Assembly (NCBI RefSeq): GCF_014237455.1
Contig: NZ_JABZFL010000015.1
Span: 4,403-68,402 of the forward strand
Direction: 5' to 3'
Length of the DNA stretch: 64,000 nt
Source of the DNA: Desulfobacula sp.
Lineage (GTDB): Bacteria > Desulfobacterota > Desulfobacteria > Desulfobacterales > Desulfobacteraceae
In this document: positions 17,396 through 27,244 of the stretch, one piece after another
How positions within the stretch are numbered: position 1 is the first letter of the stretch
Layout of the letters: the number at the start of each line of letters is the position of its first letter
Notes under the pieces: generated by a model
The model's database searches: none
What the model was told of the DNA's origin: nothing
The model's input: the letters and a program-made list of their open reading frames with translations, nothing else
Made by a program: the position numbers and the translations under genes

Positions 17396-19537
17396 ATGAA
17401 AAGATTAAACTTCGTGATAAATATACTTTTTTGTTTTTTTCTTGTTGCAAGTGCTAATGCAACAGAAGAAGGGGCTGGAATAATTGCTCTTGACGAAATT
17501 GTTGTTTCAGCTAATCGTATTGATAAAAAATTAGGTGCGACTCCTGCCAGCATCTCTATCATTACAGCTAAACAAATAAAAGATATGGGAGCAAAAAACA
17601 TAATTGATATTGTTAAAACCATACCGGGAGTAACTAAAGATAGTGATAGTAAGGAGAGAGTGACGATTCGCGGCAATAGGTCAGTGCAATCTGCCGGAGT
17701 TCTGGTGCTTGTAGATGGTGTGCCATTGAATTCAGGCCTTAGTAATTATGTGGAATTTGATGCCATTCCTGTTTCAGACATCAAACAAATTGAGGTTCTT
17801 CGTTCATCGGCTGCAATGATTTTTGGACCGGATGCAGCACGTGGCGCTATTAATATTATCACAAAAAAAGGAAAATCGGAAAAACCGCAAATTAAAACAG
17901 CAATATCTTATGGCTCGTGGAATAGTAAAAAAGTATCTGCAAGCATAGATGGAATGGTGAAAAATTGGGATTATCGTTTGGGGGGATCATTTTTCAATAC
18001 AGACGGTTATGAAAATGATGAAAAAAAGAGAAGTGCCGTTAGATTAAATACAGGCTATAATTTTTCAAACGATAGCAGGGTGGGGTTTAGTTTTTCACAT
18101 CAAGATACAGAATATGACACAATATATGCAAAAACAAAGTGGCAGATTGATAATTATAGAGAAGAAAGCATATTCCCAAAATCGGAAACGAATTCAGCGC
18201 TTGTTCATTTTAGAGAAAATGAGAATGAAAATTCGGCTTTCAGTATTGATTTTACTCATAAAAAGGATAAATATTTTGTAAACAGCTTAATCTCTTATGA
18301 TAAGACTGATCATATTTATCAATATCTGCCAAAGTGTTTAGATGCTGCTGCAAGCAAAACAAGCTCGTATTATGATTACAAAGAGGATAGAGACAGTGAC
18401 AGATCAGTTTTTAAGGCATCAGGCGGCTATTATTTAGATTTTGATAATGGCGCAAGATACACACCAACTTTTGGAATGGATTATGAAAAAAATTCATTTG
18501 ATCAATTGCGGACATATCCGTGGTCGCCGACACCGCTTTCTTCTTCTCAAACAACTGCTGTTAATAAAGCAAACATAGATTCCCAAAAAAAGCGGTTTGG
18601 TCTCTTTTTTGATAATGAAATAGCGTTTGAAAATTTCGAATTCAATTTTGCCATACGTGCTGACAAAGTAAAATATGACATAGAAAATCAAGTGTCGCAA
18701 AAAATAAGTAATGACATAACCGATTACAGTTGGGATATAACGCCTCTTTATTATTTAACACCTTCCTCATCACTATATTTTTCAGCTTCCAAATCATATT
18801 GGCATCCGGCCTTGATATATTATAAATACGCTATGGAAAAGGATTCCCCTTTAAATAAACCGGAAGATTTAAAATCGGAAGAGTACCTTACTTACGAGTT
18901 TGGTTATAAAGCTGCGTTTAATTCAAAACTAAATCTGGCTTTGTCGATTTATTTTATGAATGTAAAAGATAAATATATGTCTCTTTATGATGGAAGCTCC
19001 TGGAAAGGATATAAAAACATTGGCGATTCAGATCATAAAGGTGTTGAATTAGAAGCGAACGGAAAACTTTCTTCTTTTTTCGGCTATCGTTTTCAAGGAA
19101 CATATCAAAGTGCAAAATGGGATAATGCTAGTTTCAGGGCTTATGAATGGGGAGCGACTCAAAGCGATGACAGTTTGGAAAATTTTGATATCTCAGGAAA
19201 AACAGTCCCGCATGTCCCCAAATTCACTTCTACACTTGGTTTGGATTTCTATTTTTTAGAATTTTTCAAACTCAGTGCTGATGCAAATTATTATGGAGAG
19301 CAGGAAATTGATGTTCTTAATCGTTATCAAACAGATGCCTATGCAACTCTTGATTTAAGGCTTTCATACGATCGCAAAAATTATAAAATATGGTTATCTG
19401 CCTTTAACCTCTTAGACACAAAAGAAGAAAATATGTTTAATGAGCAAGGAAAAAGATTGTCAGATGGTTCCCCTGCTCATAATTATTACCCATTAGATGG
19501 CAGATACATAGAAGCAGGCATTAGTTTTACTTTTTAA
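17396..19537 (+). CDS. TonB-dependent outer-membrane receptor (BtuB/siderophore-like)
   Basis: Signal peptide, TonB box 'DEIVVSAN', plug 'LVLVDGVP...IEVLRSS..FGPDAARGAINIITKK', C-terminal Phe. Confidence 0.93.
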   Translation: MKRLNFVINILFCFFLVASANATEEGAGIIALDEIVVSANRIDKKLGATPASISIITAKQIKDMGAKNIIDIVKTIPGVTKDSDSKERVTIRGNRSVQSAGVLVLVDGVPLNSGLSNYVEFDAIPVSDIKQIEVLRSSAAMIFGPDAARGAINIITKKGKSEKPQIKTAISYGSWNSKKVSASIDGMVKNWDYRLGGSFFNTDGYENDEKKRSAVRLNTGYNFSNDSRVGFSFSHQDTEYDTIYAKTKWQIDNYREESIFPKSETNSALVHFRENENENSAFSIDFTHKKDKYFVNSLISYDKTDHIYQYLPKCLDAAASKTSSYYDYKEDRDSDRSVFKASGGYYLDFDNGARYTPTFGMDYEKNSFDQLRTYPWSPTPLSSSQTTAVNKANIDSQKKRFGLFFDNEIAFENFEFNFAIRADKVKYDIENQVSQKISNDITDYSWDITPLYYLTPSSSLYFSASKSYWHPALIYYKYAMEKDSPLNKPEDLKSEEYLTYEFGYKAAFNSKLNLALSIYFMNVKDKYMSLYDGSSWKGYKNIGDSDHKGVELEANGKLSSFFGYRFQGTYQSAKWDNASFRAYEWGATQSDDSLENFDISGKTVPHVPKFTSTLGLDFYFLEFFKLSADANYYGEQEIDVLNRYQTDAYATLDLRLSYDRKNYKIWLSAFNLLDTKEENMFNEQGKRLSDGSPAHNYYPLDGRYIEAGISFTF

Positions 19538-20539
19538 ATGAAAAAAAGCACTATTATAACATTCCTCATTCTATCTCTATTTTTTTTAACAGGTGAGCTG
19601 TTTGGTGAAATTATTCAAGATTCTACCGGCAAATTTATCACTCTCAACTCACCTGTTAAAAAAATAGTGGTTTTAACATCCGATGCTCTGGAAATTGTTC
19701 GCGCCATTAAAGCAGAAGAGTCTGTCATAGGCGTTTATTTTGAAGTTTCAAAAAAGCCTCTATTCTGGCAAGATTTAAAAAACAGAACAAAAGTCGGCAG
19801 TTGGAGAGAGGTTAATTATGAACTGATTGCAAAATTAAAACCCGATATTGTTATCTGTTATACAGATTATCCAGGCCGAACTCTAGAAAAAAAATTAAAC
19901 CCTTTCGGTATTAAAATCATACGGCTCAATTTTTATAAACTGAACACCATTGAAAAAGAGATAAAAACACTCGGGCATATTTTAGAAAGAGAGCAAGATG
20001 CGGAGAAGCTTATCGTATGGTACAGGGAAAATTTAAATTTTGTACAGGAAAAATTGAAACATATTGAATCGCGCCCAAGCGTTTATATAGAAGGCTATCT
20101 GAATTATAATACTGTTGGGAAAAATTCCGGGGGCAATGAAATGTGTCTGCTTGCAGGTGGAAACAATATAGCTTCAAATATTTTAGTGCCATATCCTAAA
20201 ATAACGTCAGAATGGGTTTTATCAAACAATCCGGATATTATTATTAAAGCGGTTGGAAAGAACAGCCGCACTTCGGCAGATGATTTAAGCTCCTTAAAAC
20301 AGCTCTCAAAAAAAATACAATCAAGAATACTCTGGGACAACATTGAGGCGGTGCATAATAACAAGGTGTTTTTAATTTCAAACGAAATATGGACAGGCTC
20401 AAGAACGCTTATCGGTTTAAGCTATATGGCAAAATGGTTTTATCCAAAACTTTTTAAAGATTTTGACCCTGAAAAACTGCACAAAGAATATTTTGAAAAA
20501 TTTCAGGGGATTAAATTTTATGGGACATACATTTATTGA
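19538..20539 (+). CDS. Class III (BtuF/FepB-like) ABC substrate-binding protein
   Basis: 'KKIVVL', 'NYELIAKLKPDIVI', 'LLAGGNNIA', 'WDNIEAVHNNKVFLI'. Confidence 0.88.
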   Translation: MKKSTIITFLILSLFFLTGELFGEIIQDSTGKFITLNSPVKKIVVLTSDALEIVRAIKAEESVIGVYFEVSKKPLFWQDLKNRTKVGSWREVNYELIAKLKPDIVICYTDYPGRTLEKKLNPFGIKIIRLNFYKLNTIEKEIKTLGHILEREQDAEKLIVWYRENLNFVQEKLKHIESRPSVYIEGYLNYNTVGKNSGGNEMCLLAGGNNIASNILVPYPKITSEWVLSNNPDIIIKAVGKNSRTSADDLSSLKQLSKKIQSRILWDNIEAVHNNKVFLISNEIWTGSRTLIGLSYMAKWFYPKLFKDFDPEKLHKEYFEKFQGIKFYGTYIY

Positions 20540-21564
20540 ATATCAGCAATAAATACAAAAAAAATATTAAAAAGAAGATTCTGTTATTATCTTTTCTTTT
20601 GCTCGTTATGGTTATCGCCGCATTAACCGGCATTTCCAATGGTATTGAATCTTTTGATTTTAAAAAATCGTTTATCGCCTTTTTTTCAGATGCCGGGTTG
20701 CAGCATAAGATTATCTGGGAATTAAGAGTCCCTCGTATCGTTATGGCAATTTTAACAGGAAGCGGGCTTGCGGTTGCAGGAACTGTTTTCCAGGCCATTC
20801 TTAAAAACCCCCTTGCCTCGCCATACACGCTTGGGACAGCATCCGGTGCCGGATTCGGGGCTGTTATTGCCATTTTTTTGCTTGATGCCGATTTTTTGTA
20901 CAAAGACTATTTTGTTGCCGGCAGTGCTTTCTTTTTTACGATGCTTTCATCTCTTATTATTTTAAGCATTGCAAAAATAAAAATTTTTACAAATGAAACC
21001 ATGATACTTGCCGGCATAGCCATAATGTTTCTTTTTTCATCCCTCAGCTCTCTTTTTCAATATCTGGGAACTATGGAGCAGGTTAATGAAATCGTATTCT
21101 GGTTTTTTGGAAGCTTATCTAAGGTTGGATGGAATGAAATAGGGATAGCATCTGTTATGATACTTCTTCCCATGCCCTTGCTTTTTAAATGGTCCTGGAG
21201 TTTTAATCTTATTGCGGCAGATGATGAATCTGCAAAAGCTCTGGGAATAGATGTTGAAAAAGTAAAAATATTTGGAATCGTGTGTGCCTCTTTAATTACA
21301 GCAGGAGCAATATGTTTTACCGGCGTAATAGGGTTTATTGGAATCGTCTCTCCACATATCGTTAGGATGCTTATTGGATACAACCACAGATTTCTATTGC
21401 CCGGTGCCGCACTTGTCGGGGCATCACTTGTATTGACAGCAGATACGGTCGGGAGAATAATATTACCCCCGCAAGTAATACCAATAGGAATTGTTACCTC
21501 TTTTATCGGGGTACCTTTTTTCTTCTATTTATTAATGAAAAGAACAAAAGACTATTGGAGATAA
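20536..21564 (+). CDS. FecCD/BtuC family ABC permease
   Basis: 'LRVPRIVMA', 'QAILKNPLASPYTLG', 'FTGVIGFIGIVSPH', 'IPIGIVTSFIGVPFF'. Confidence 0.93.
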   Translation: MNISNKYKKNIKKKILLLSFLLLVMVIAALTGISNGIESFDFKKSFIAFFSDAGLQHKIIWELRVPRIVMAILTGSGLAVAGTVFQAILKNPLASPYTLGTASGAGFGAVIAIFLLDADFLYKDYFVAGSAFFFTMLSSLIILSIAKIKIFTNETMILAGIAIMFLFSSLSSLFQYLGTMEQVNEIVFWFFGSLSKVGWNEIGIASVMILLPMPLLFKWSWSFNLIAADDESAKALGIDVEKVKIFGIVCASLITAGAICFTGVIGFIGIVSPHIVRMLIGYNHRFLLPGAALVGASLVLTADTVGRIILPPQVIPIGIVTSFIGVPFFFYLLMKRTKDYWR

Positions 21565-21565
21565 A

Positions 21566-22333
21566 TTGTTAGATATTCAAAATCTCTTTTTTAAATACAA
21601 AAAAAAATTTGTTCTTAATGATATTACATTAAGCATAAACAAAGGTGAGATCCTAAGCGTAATAGGGATTAATGGTTCGGGAAAAACAACACTTTTAAAA
21701 AGTATTGTTAACATAATAAAACCAACCAGGGGCAGGGTTTTAATTAAAGGCAGAGACAGTTCGAAAATAAGCAGATTAGAAAGAGCAAAGTATATTTCCT
21801 ATCTTCCTCAAAATATTCCTTTTAAATTTCCCATTACTGTTTTTGATGTTATTTTAATGGGAAGAATGCCTTATATCAAATGGAAGCCATCAGAACGAGA
21901 TATAAATGCAACTTCAGAAATTATCAAGTCTATGAATTTTGAAGACATTGCATTAAAAAATTTTGATCATTTAAGCGGCGGACAAAAACAAAAAGTTTTA
22001 CTGGCAAGGCTGTTTGTACAAAACACGGATTGTTTAATCCTGGACGAGCCAACAAGCAGTCTGGATTTGAAATATCAAATTCAAATTATGGAAATGATTA
22101 AAAATCTGGTTAAAACACAAAAAAAATCAGCTGTTATCGCCATACACGATTTAAACATGGCGGCACGGTATTCAAATAAAATTATAATGTTAAATTCAGG
22201 CAAGGTTTTTTGCTTTGACCGTCCGGAAAAAGTATTAACCAAAGAAAATATTAAAACAGTTTATAAAGTTCAAACTGTAATAAATAACGATAATGATTTT
22301 TTACAGATATCGCCAATCAAGGTGATTGATTAA
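21566..22333 (+). CDS. FepC/BtuD family ABC ATPase
   Basis: GINGSGKTT, LSGGQKQ, LDEPTSSLD, 'AIHDLNMAARY'. Confidence 0.93.
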   Translation: MLDIQNLFFKYKKKFVLNDITLSINKGEILSVIGINGSGKTTLLKSIVNIIKPTRGRVLIKGRDSSKISRLERAKYISYLPQNIPFKFPITVFDVILMGRMPYIKWKPSERDINATSEIIKSMNFEDIALKNFDHLSGGQKQKVLLARLFVQNTDCLILDEPTSSLDLKYQIQIMEMIKNLVKTQKKSAVIAIHDLNMAARYSNKIIMLNSGKVFCFDRPEKVLTKENIKTVYKVQTVINNDNDFLQISPIKVID

Positions 22334-22345
22334 AGGAGGAATAAA

Positions 22346-22912
22346 ATGGATTGGGATAAAGTAAAAGAAGATACGTATTATAAATGCAGGAAACTGGAAA
22401 GTGATGCCAGAAATGATGCAGATCCGGACAAATGGGAAGAATATGCAGATATTAAAAGTATTAAAGGCAGTTATGTCCTGGGAATTTATGGATATATGAA
22501 TGCGGCATCTTTATCAGAAGTCAAAAAAAAGAGTGATGAAGCAATCTTTTATTATAAAAAAGCCTTTAAACTTGCTGTTAAAGCTAACTACAAAGAGCTT
22601 ATTGTTATTTCAGGCTACAAAATGGCACAACTTTATGAACAGGAAAAAAAATGGACGGACTGTATAGACATATATGAAGAAGTTGCAGGATTTTGTGATA
22701 TGCAGGGAGAACATTTTCTATCAGCAGATGCGTATGAGCATGCCGCAGAAATGATAGCTTTATCAGGAAAAGATGCGGCGAATTATACAAAACCAATTGA
22801 TTTGTGGAAAAGAAATATTACCCATTGGGAAGAAGAAGACCATATTCACGATGCAGTATGGAGCAGAGAGCATATTGAACTTTATAAAAAACTGTTTGGG
22901 ATAAAAAAATGA
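22346..22912 (+). CDS. Hypothetical all-helical (TPR/SNAP-like) protein
   Basis: Strong RBS (AAGGAGG); repeats such as 'A..YYKKAF.LA', 'MAQLYEQ..KW..CI.IYEEVA', 'SADAYEHAAE'. Confidence 0.55.
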   Translation: MDWDKVKEDTYYKCRKLESDARNDADPDKWEEYADIKSIKGSYVLGIYGYMNAASLSEVKKKSDEAIFYYKKAFKLAVKANYKELIVISGYKMAQLYEQEKKWTDCIDIYEEVAGFCDMQGEHFLSADAYEHAAEMIALSGKDAANYTKPIDLWKRNITHWEEEDHIHDAVWSREHIELYKKLFGIKK

Positions 22913-23982
22913 TCGGTTTATTGTTTCACGGCCCCGAAGTTTTTGATTCTAACTGGGCCCAAAAAATTATTACTGCCATAAAAAAAACAGATTCTGTTAA
23001 GTGCGTCTTAGCCGGTACCATGGGACGGACTGCTGTTATAGACAGTGGGCTTGAAAATATTGAATTCTGGGATGAAACGCCAAGCAGTTGTCTTTCTCGC
23101 ATGGCTTTAAAACTAAAAAATATCATTATTGTTAATTACGGCAAGACGCTTCATTCAGGGTTAACTTTTGGCAATATGATTATTGAGCGTGCGGGTTTAA
23201 AAACACCTGTTCTTCAAATTGAATGCAGCCATCCCTGTTTTGTAGAGTGGAACGACACCAATAATCCTGTTATTATTTCTATTTTACAAAAAATGGGGAT
23301 TAAACAAAAAAAACCGCAAAAGAAAATTGATACCACCTCTCCTCTGGTGTGGAAAGAAAACAAAAAAACATACCGGAAAATAACAACAGCAAACATAAAT
23401 GATTTTATTCTTGTAGATGGCATTATAGTCGGCACGGCATTGAAAACAGAAATTGTATTGATATCTAAAGGAAAACATCTTATTGAGATTCAAGGTGCTC
23501 AAATCAAAGCGCATGGAATAGAAAAATTAGAAAGATTTGGGGGTATTAATCTAGAAACAATTAAACTTACAACATCATCTTTTCTCAGACGAACAGAGCA
23601 TATACCGCGAATAAAAAAGACAAACGGCACAAAAATCACATTTATAGATCATGCGGGAATGTATGTGTATAATTTAATAAATGACACAAAAGGGGTTGTA
23701 ACCGTTGGAGATGATACCACTTCCATCGTTGGTGATATTATGTATCGGTTTCAAATTCCTGTCATTGGTATTATTGATGGCGATGAAGATATTATTCACA
23801 ATAACGCGCACATCACACCCGGTTCAATAAAATTAACAGTCAAGGCAGACGACATATTCGGCTTAAAAGTTTTTAAAGAGATATTTAATAACAAAAAAAA
23901 TATAGAAATGGATTTCAAAGCGCTGAAAGATCAAATAATTAAAATGGCAAAAAAAGATTTAGTAAAAATCCAGCATTATTAA
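22909..23982 (+). CDS. DUF2117-like protein (family known mainly from methanogenic archaea)
   Basis: N-terminal 'GLLFHGPEVFDS...AGTMGRTAVIDSGL' and C-terminal 'VTVGDDTT...DIMYRFQIPVIGIIDGD' match my recollection of DUF2117/COG4069; ATGA overlap with the preceding gene. Confidence 0.75.
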   Translation: MIGLLFHGPEVFDSNWAQKIITAIKKTDSVKCVLAGTMGRTAVIDSGLENIEFWDETPSSCLSRMALKLKNIIIVNYGKTLHSGLTFGNMIIERAGLKTPVLQIECSHPCFVEWNDTNNPVIISILQKMGIKQKKPQKKIDTTSPLVWKENKKTYRKITTANINDFILVDGIIVGTALKTEIVLISKGKHLIEIQGAQIKAHGIEKLERFGGINLETIKLTTSSFLRRTEHIPRIKKTNGTKITFIDHAGMYVYNLINDTKGVVTVGDDTTSIVGDIMYRFQIPVIGIIDGDEDIIHNNAHITPGSIKLTVKADDIFGLKVFKEIFNNKKNIEMDFKALKDQIIKMAKKDLVKIQHY

Positions 23983-24016
23983 AATTTGATTGATTCGTTG
24001 CTGACCACTATTTTTC

Positions 24017-24886
24017 TTATTGTACATATGATTCCTTTAATACGTTTTCCAGAGCCTGGGGGATATGTTGGATAATTTCGCCAACCTGGGTTGCAGGGGT
24101 GGGCTTGGCAAAAAACCCGGCAAGGCGGTTAACTTTTGCTGCAATTTTTGCTGCTTTTAAAATTTGCATTCCTGTCCCTGCAAGCGCAGTAACAATGCCT
24201 GTAATCGTATCCCCTGTCCCCCCCATTGCCTCCATGGCTTCCGCTACAGGACTGTCTACAGAAAAAACAATACCACTTTTATCTGCAATAGAGTCTATTG
24301 CTCCTTTAACAAGCAAATTTTTTGCAGCATTTCCATGCAGGTATGCCCGGCTGATAAGATCAGGAACACTATTGTCATCGTGCAGGATAAACCCACGAGT
24401 GTAAAACGGATGAGGCGCGGTTTCATCAGCAAGAAACGAAAGTTCTCCCACATCCGGTGTAAAAAGGTCATAGGCTTGTGCCTGACCGCTCATTTTGGCA
24501 GCATACATAAAACCGGCATCTGCTATCAACACCGGTTTTTTTTCCAAATCATCGAGCATGAACATAATCCGGTTATGCCAGTCTACATCCGGCTGAAGAT
24601 AATGAAATACAATGGTATTAAAATCAATTTGGGGCCCGTTTTCAATCAGGTATTGATACAGTTTGCTGCTGCCGTGGCCAAGCTCTATATCCCCTGCGAT
24701 AAACCCGGTTATATCCGTTGGGCCCAGTACTTTCAAAGTATTGACCATAGCGCCTAAAAGCGCTGGGGTTCCCCGGTTCACCAGGACATGTTTTCCATCA
24801 ATAGTGAGCCTGTTTTCAACCATATCCACCCGGCCCACAGTCAAGGGAAAATTGGGGTCAGGGACTGTTCCTACCACTGCAAGCAT
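24017..24886 (-). CDS. Ribokinase-fold YjeF-C/NAD(P)HX-dehydratase-like protein (selenium-cluster associated)
   Basis: 'VNRGTPAL', 'ADAGFMYAAK', 'FTPDVGELSFLAD', 'LLVKGA.D', 'GGTGDTITG'. Confidence 0.75.
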   Translation of the reverse strand: MLAVVGTVPDPNFPLTVGRVDMVENRLTIDGKHVLVNRGTPALLGAMVNTLKVLGPTDITGFIAGDIELGHGSSKLYQYLIENGPQIDFNTIVFHYLQPDVDWHNRIMFMLDDLEKKPVLIADAGFMYAAKMSGQAQAYDLFTPDVGELSFLADETAPHPFYTRGFILHDDNSVPDLISRAYLHGNAAKNLLVKGAIDSIADKSGIVFSVDSPVAEAMEAMGGTGDTITGIVTALAGTGMQILKAAKIAAKVNRLAGFFAKPTPATQVGEIIQHIPQALENVLKESYVQ

Positions 24887-25419
24887 TTTTTCTGCATCTC
24901 CTTAAAAGCAAGGCCAAGGGCATAGCCGCAGAGGGTATGTCCGATATCCAGTGGATTGGGGGCCTGTGCCATAGTTTTGCCCACCAGTTTGAAAGCAAGA
25001 TACGGCACATCCGGGCAACCGCCTCCGGAAACATTAACGATCAACTGGGTCCTTTTTTCCACAGTAATTTTCATATTGGCAGCCCTGATCATGAGGAACC
25101 GGCCAAAATCCTTTATATGAAAAAGGTCCACCGGCTGGAGCAGGGGATCGGTAACCGGAACTGTCTCTATGGGCGGAATTCCTGCCTTTTCAAGGAGTCG
25201 AAGGATATTGAGCTCCTGGATCAGGGGAAACTCAATCACGAGATCACACCCGCTTTGGATCTCCGGTGGCGGACCCATCACCCTGATTTCCCAGTCATTT
25301 GCCAATAAAATTCTTTGAGCGGCAATGACCTCGCTTGTATTTTCAAACACAAGGATACCCAGTTCTGCCCGGGAAAGATTATCCTGTTTTTTTTCTTTGA
25401 ACAGCTTTAATTTAAACAA
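24871..25419 (-). CDS. DUF3343-domain protein with C-terminal Cys-containing domain
   Basis: 'LVFENTSEVIAAQRIL...PPPEIQSGCDL', then 'SGGGCPD...TLCGY'. TTG start at 25419 after AAGGGG chosen to avoid overlap with yedF. Confidence 0.7.
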   Translation of the reverse strand: MFKLKLFKEKKQDNLSRAELGILVFENTSEVIAAQRILLANDWEIRVMGPPPEIQSGCDLVIEFPLIQELNILRLLEKAGIPPIETVPVTDPLLQPVDLFHIKDFGRFLMIRAANMKITVEKRTQLIVNVSGGGCPDVPYLAFKLVGKTMAQAPNPLDIGHTLCGYALGLAFKEMQKKCLQW

Positions 25420-25435
25420 AATGCCCCTTACGTCA

Positions 25436-25654
25436 TTAGTCCTTTGCAATGGTAATTTGGTATTCATCCCCCTGCTGCTGGATATCCGTGACAGTGTATT
25501 TTTTGCTTTCCGCAGCCCTTGAGACATTCTCTTTTGAAGCATCCGTATCCACCAGCACAATTATCGTGCTTTCATTCCCTGATTTAACGGCTTCCATAAA
25601 CATTAACACTGGCTGAGGACATGAAAGCCCTCTTGCATCAATCGTTATACTCAC
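25436..25654 (-). CDS. yedF: TusA/SirA-like sulfur/selenium carrier
   Basis: 'IDARGLSCPQPV', 72 aa, directly downstream of yedE. Confidence 0.85.
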   Translation of the reverse strand: MSITIDARGLSCPQPVLMFMEAVKSGNESTIIVLVDTDASKENVSRAAESKKYTVTDIQQQGDEYQITIAKD

Positions 25655-25656
25655 GG

Positions 25657-26751
25657 TTATACTCCTTTGATATTTTTTCTCATTGTAAATCCGATAAACA
25701 GGCAGACGACAAGACCGACTGCTACAGCAGCAATTCCATGGGGACCGACACCTTTGGGTGAACTTGCCAGTCCGAAATTATGCGCAAAGGCTGCGCCCGT
25801 AATCATCCCAAGGACAAAGACGGCTGCATCACCATCCCCTTCACCGGAAAGAAACAACTGACGTCCGGGACATCCTCCTGCCAGGGCAAAAGCAAGGCCT
25901 GCAAGCACCATTCCTGCAAAATTCCAGACCTGCATGGTATGAGCAACCGGCTGTCCTTCAAAGCCGGGATTGAACTGGCCCAGAACAAGATTTGCAGCAA
26001 ATGCGAACAGTGCAAGAGAAATCAATCCCGTTAAAAGATGAACATGGCGAAACAGGATCAGGTCACGAAAAGCACCCATGGTACAGAACCGGCTTCTCTG
26101 GGCTGCAAACCCGATCACAAGCCCGATCACAAGGGATATAAATAATGGTGCATGCATGGCCCCGGGACCTTTAAGGCTGTATAACAAAACCCCGCTTTTA
26201 TTTTCTCCTGCCACCTGGGGGTAAAGAAACATCAGGCATAAAAAACCCAGCATGATAAGCGGGAACAACAGGCCGACACTTTTATGGGTTGCCTGGCTTC
26301 TGCCCAGGTTGTACCCGTTTTTTAAAAATAGAACACCGATCCAGATCCCCCCTGCTAGTCCCAGCAGGCCAATAATGGCATTGCCATCCCCACCGGCAAG
26401 GCGAAGCAGGGCACGCCAGGGGCAGCCTAAAAAAACCAGGGCTCCGATCATGGCAAAAACACCCAGAATAAACCTGGCAATGGGTGCAGATCCGCTACGG
26501 GGTTTAAATTCCTTAAAAGTTAATGCCGCAATTAAAGAGCCTAAAACAAAGCCAATAATCTCCGGACGTATATATTGCACCACGCCTACCCTGTGAAGCC
26601 CTAAGGCTCCTGCAATATCCCTTTCAAAGCATGCCACACAGATCCCCATGTTTCCCGGATTTCCCATTTTCTGCAAAATGCCTGCAAAAATACCGATAAC
26701 CGCGCCAACACAGATAATTCCCCAACGACCAGCAAAAAAGTTCTTAGTCAT
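25657..26751 (-). CDS. yedE: YedE/YeeE-family putative selenium transporter
   Basis: 'GNPGNMGICVACF.RDIAG', 'FLGCPWR', 'RSRFCTMG', 'LAGGCPGRQL'; multi-TM. Confidence 0.88.
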   Translation of the reverse strand: MTKNFFAGRWGIICVGAVIGIFAGILQKMGNPGNMGICVACFERDIAGALGLHRVGVVQYIRPEIIGFVLGSLIAALTFKEFKPRSGSAPIARFILGVFAMIGALVFLGCPWRALLRLAGGDGNAIIGLLGLAGGIWIGVLFLKNGYNLGRSQATHKSVGLLFPLIMLGFLCLMFLYPQVAGENKSGVLLYSLKGPGAMHAPLFISLVIGLVIGFAAQRSRFCTMGAFRDLILFRHVHLLTGLISLALFAFAANLVLGQFNPGFEGQPVAHTMQVWNFAGMVLAGLAFALAGGCPGRQLFLSGEGDGDAAVFVLGMITGAAFAHNFGLASSPKGVGPHGIAAVAVGLVVCLFIGFTMRKNIKGV

Positions 26752-27244
26752 TTTATATCATCCTTTCAAAGCATTAGTATTGTTCAACTCACCACCCATT
26801 TTTTAGTGGATTATTTTTTTTCATAAATTGTCTGGAAAATCCAATTGATAATTAAAATATGAAACCCGGTATTCATAGAACAAGTCAATACAGGCTATAA
26901 TATCTTTTTGTTTTGTTAAACTATTCAGTTGCCCTATTACGTCCATGGTTAAGTTCCCATACTTTCCCACCAGTCTGTATATTTTGTCAGTTTAATTCAT
27001 TTCACAGGAATTTTAACCCACATTTCCTGGGGGGGGTATCATTTTTTTACCGGGATCACATTTTCTTTTTTTTGAAAACTTATTTTTTTCAAGGTTGCTG
27101 GTTGATCTTTAAAATTTTGTTTTTTTACTGTCTTAATTTGTCTGGCTTCCAGCATCTCTGGCTTAACAGGGGTTAGTGTCCTCTTTATCACTTGTTATAA
27201 TTTTATCAAAAATTTTGTTGGCCAGGTATTTTATGTTTTTTGAT

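Noticed and set aside
26930-27160. Minus-strand frame with two TGA codons (MLEARQ...VIPVKK*YPPQ...IPVK*) as a second selenoprotein
   Set aside because: TGAs are not in a redox motif, no SECIS-like hairpin follows, and the peptide resembles no family I know.
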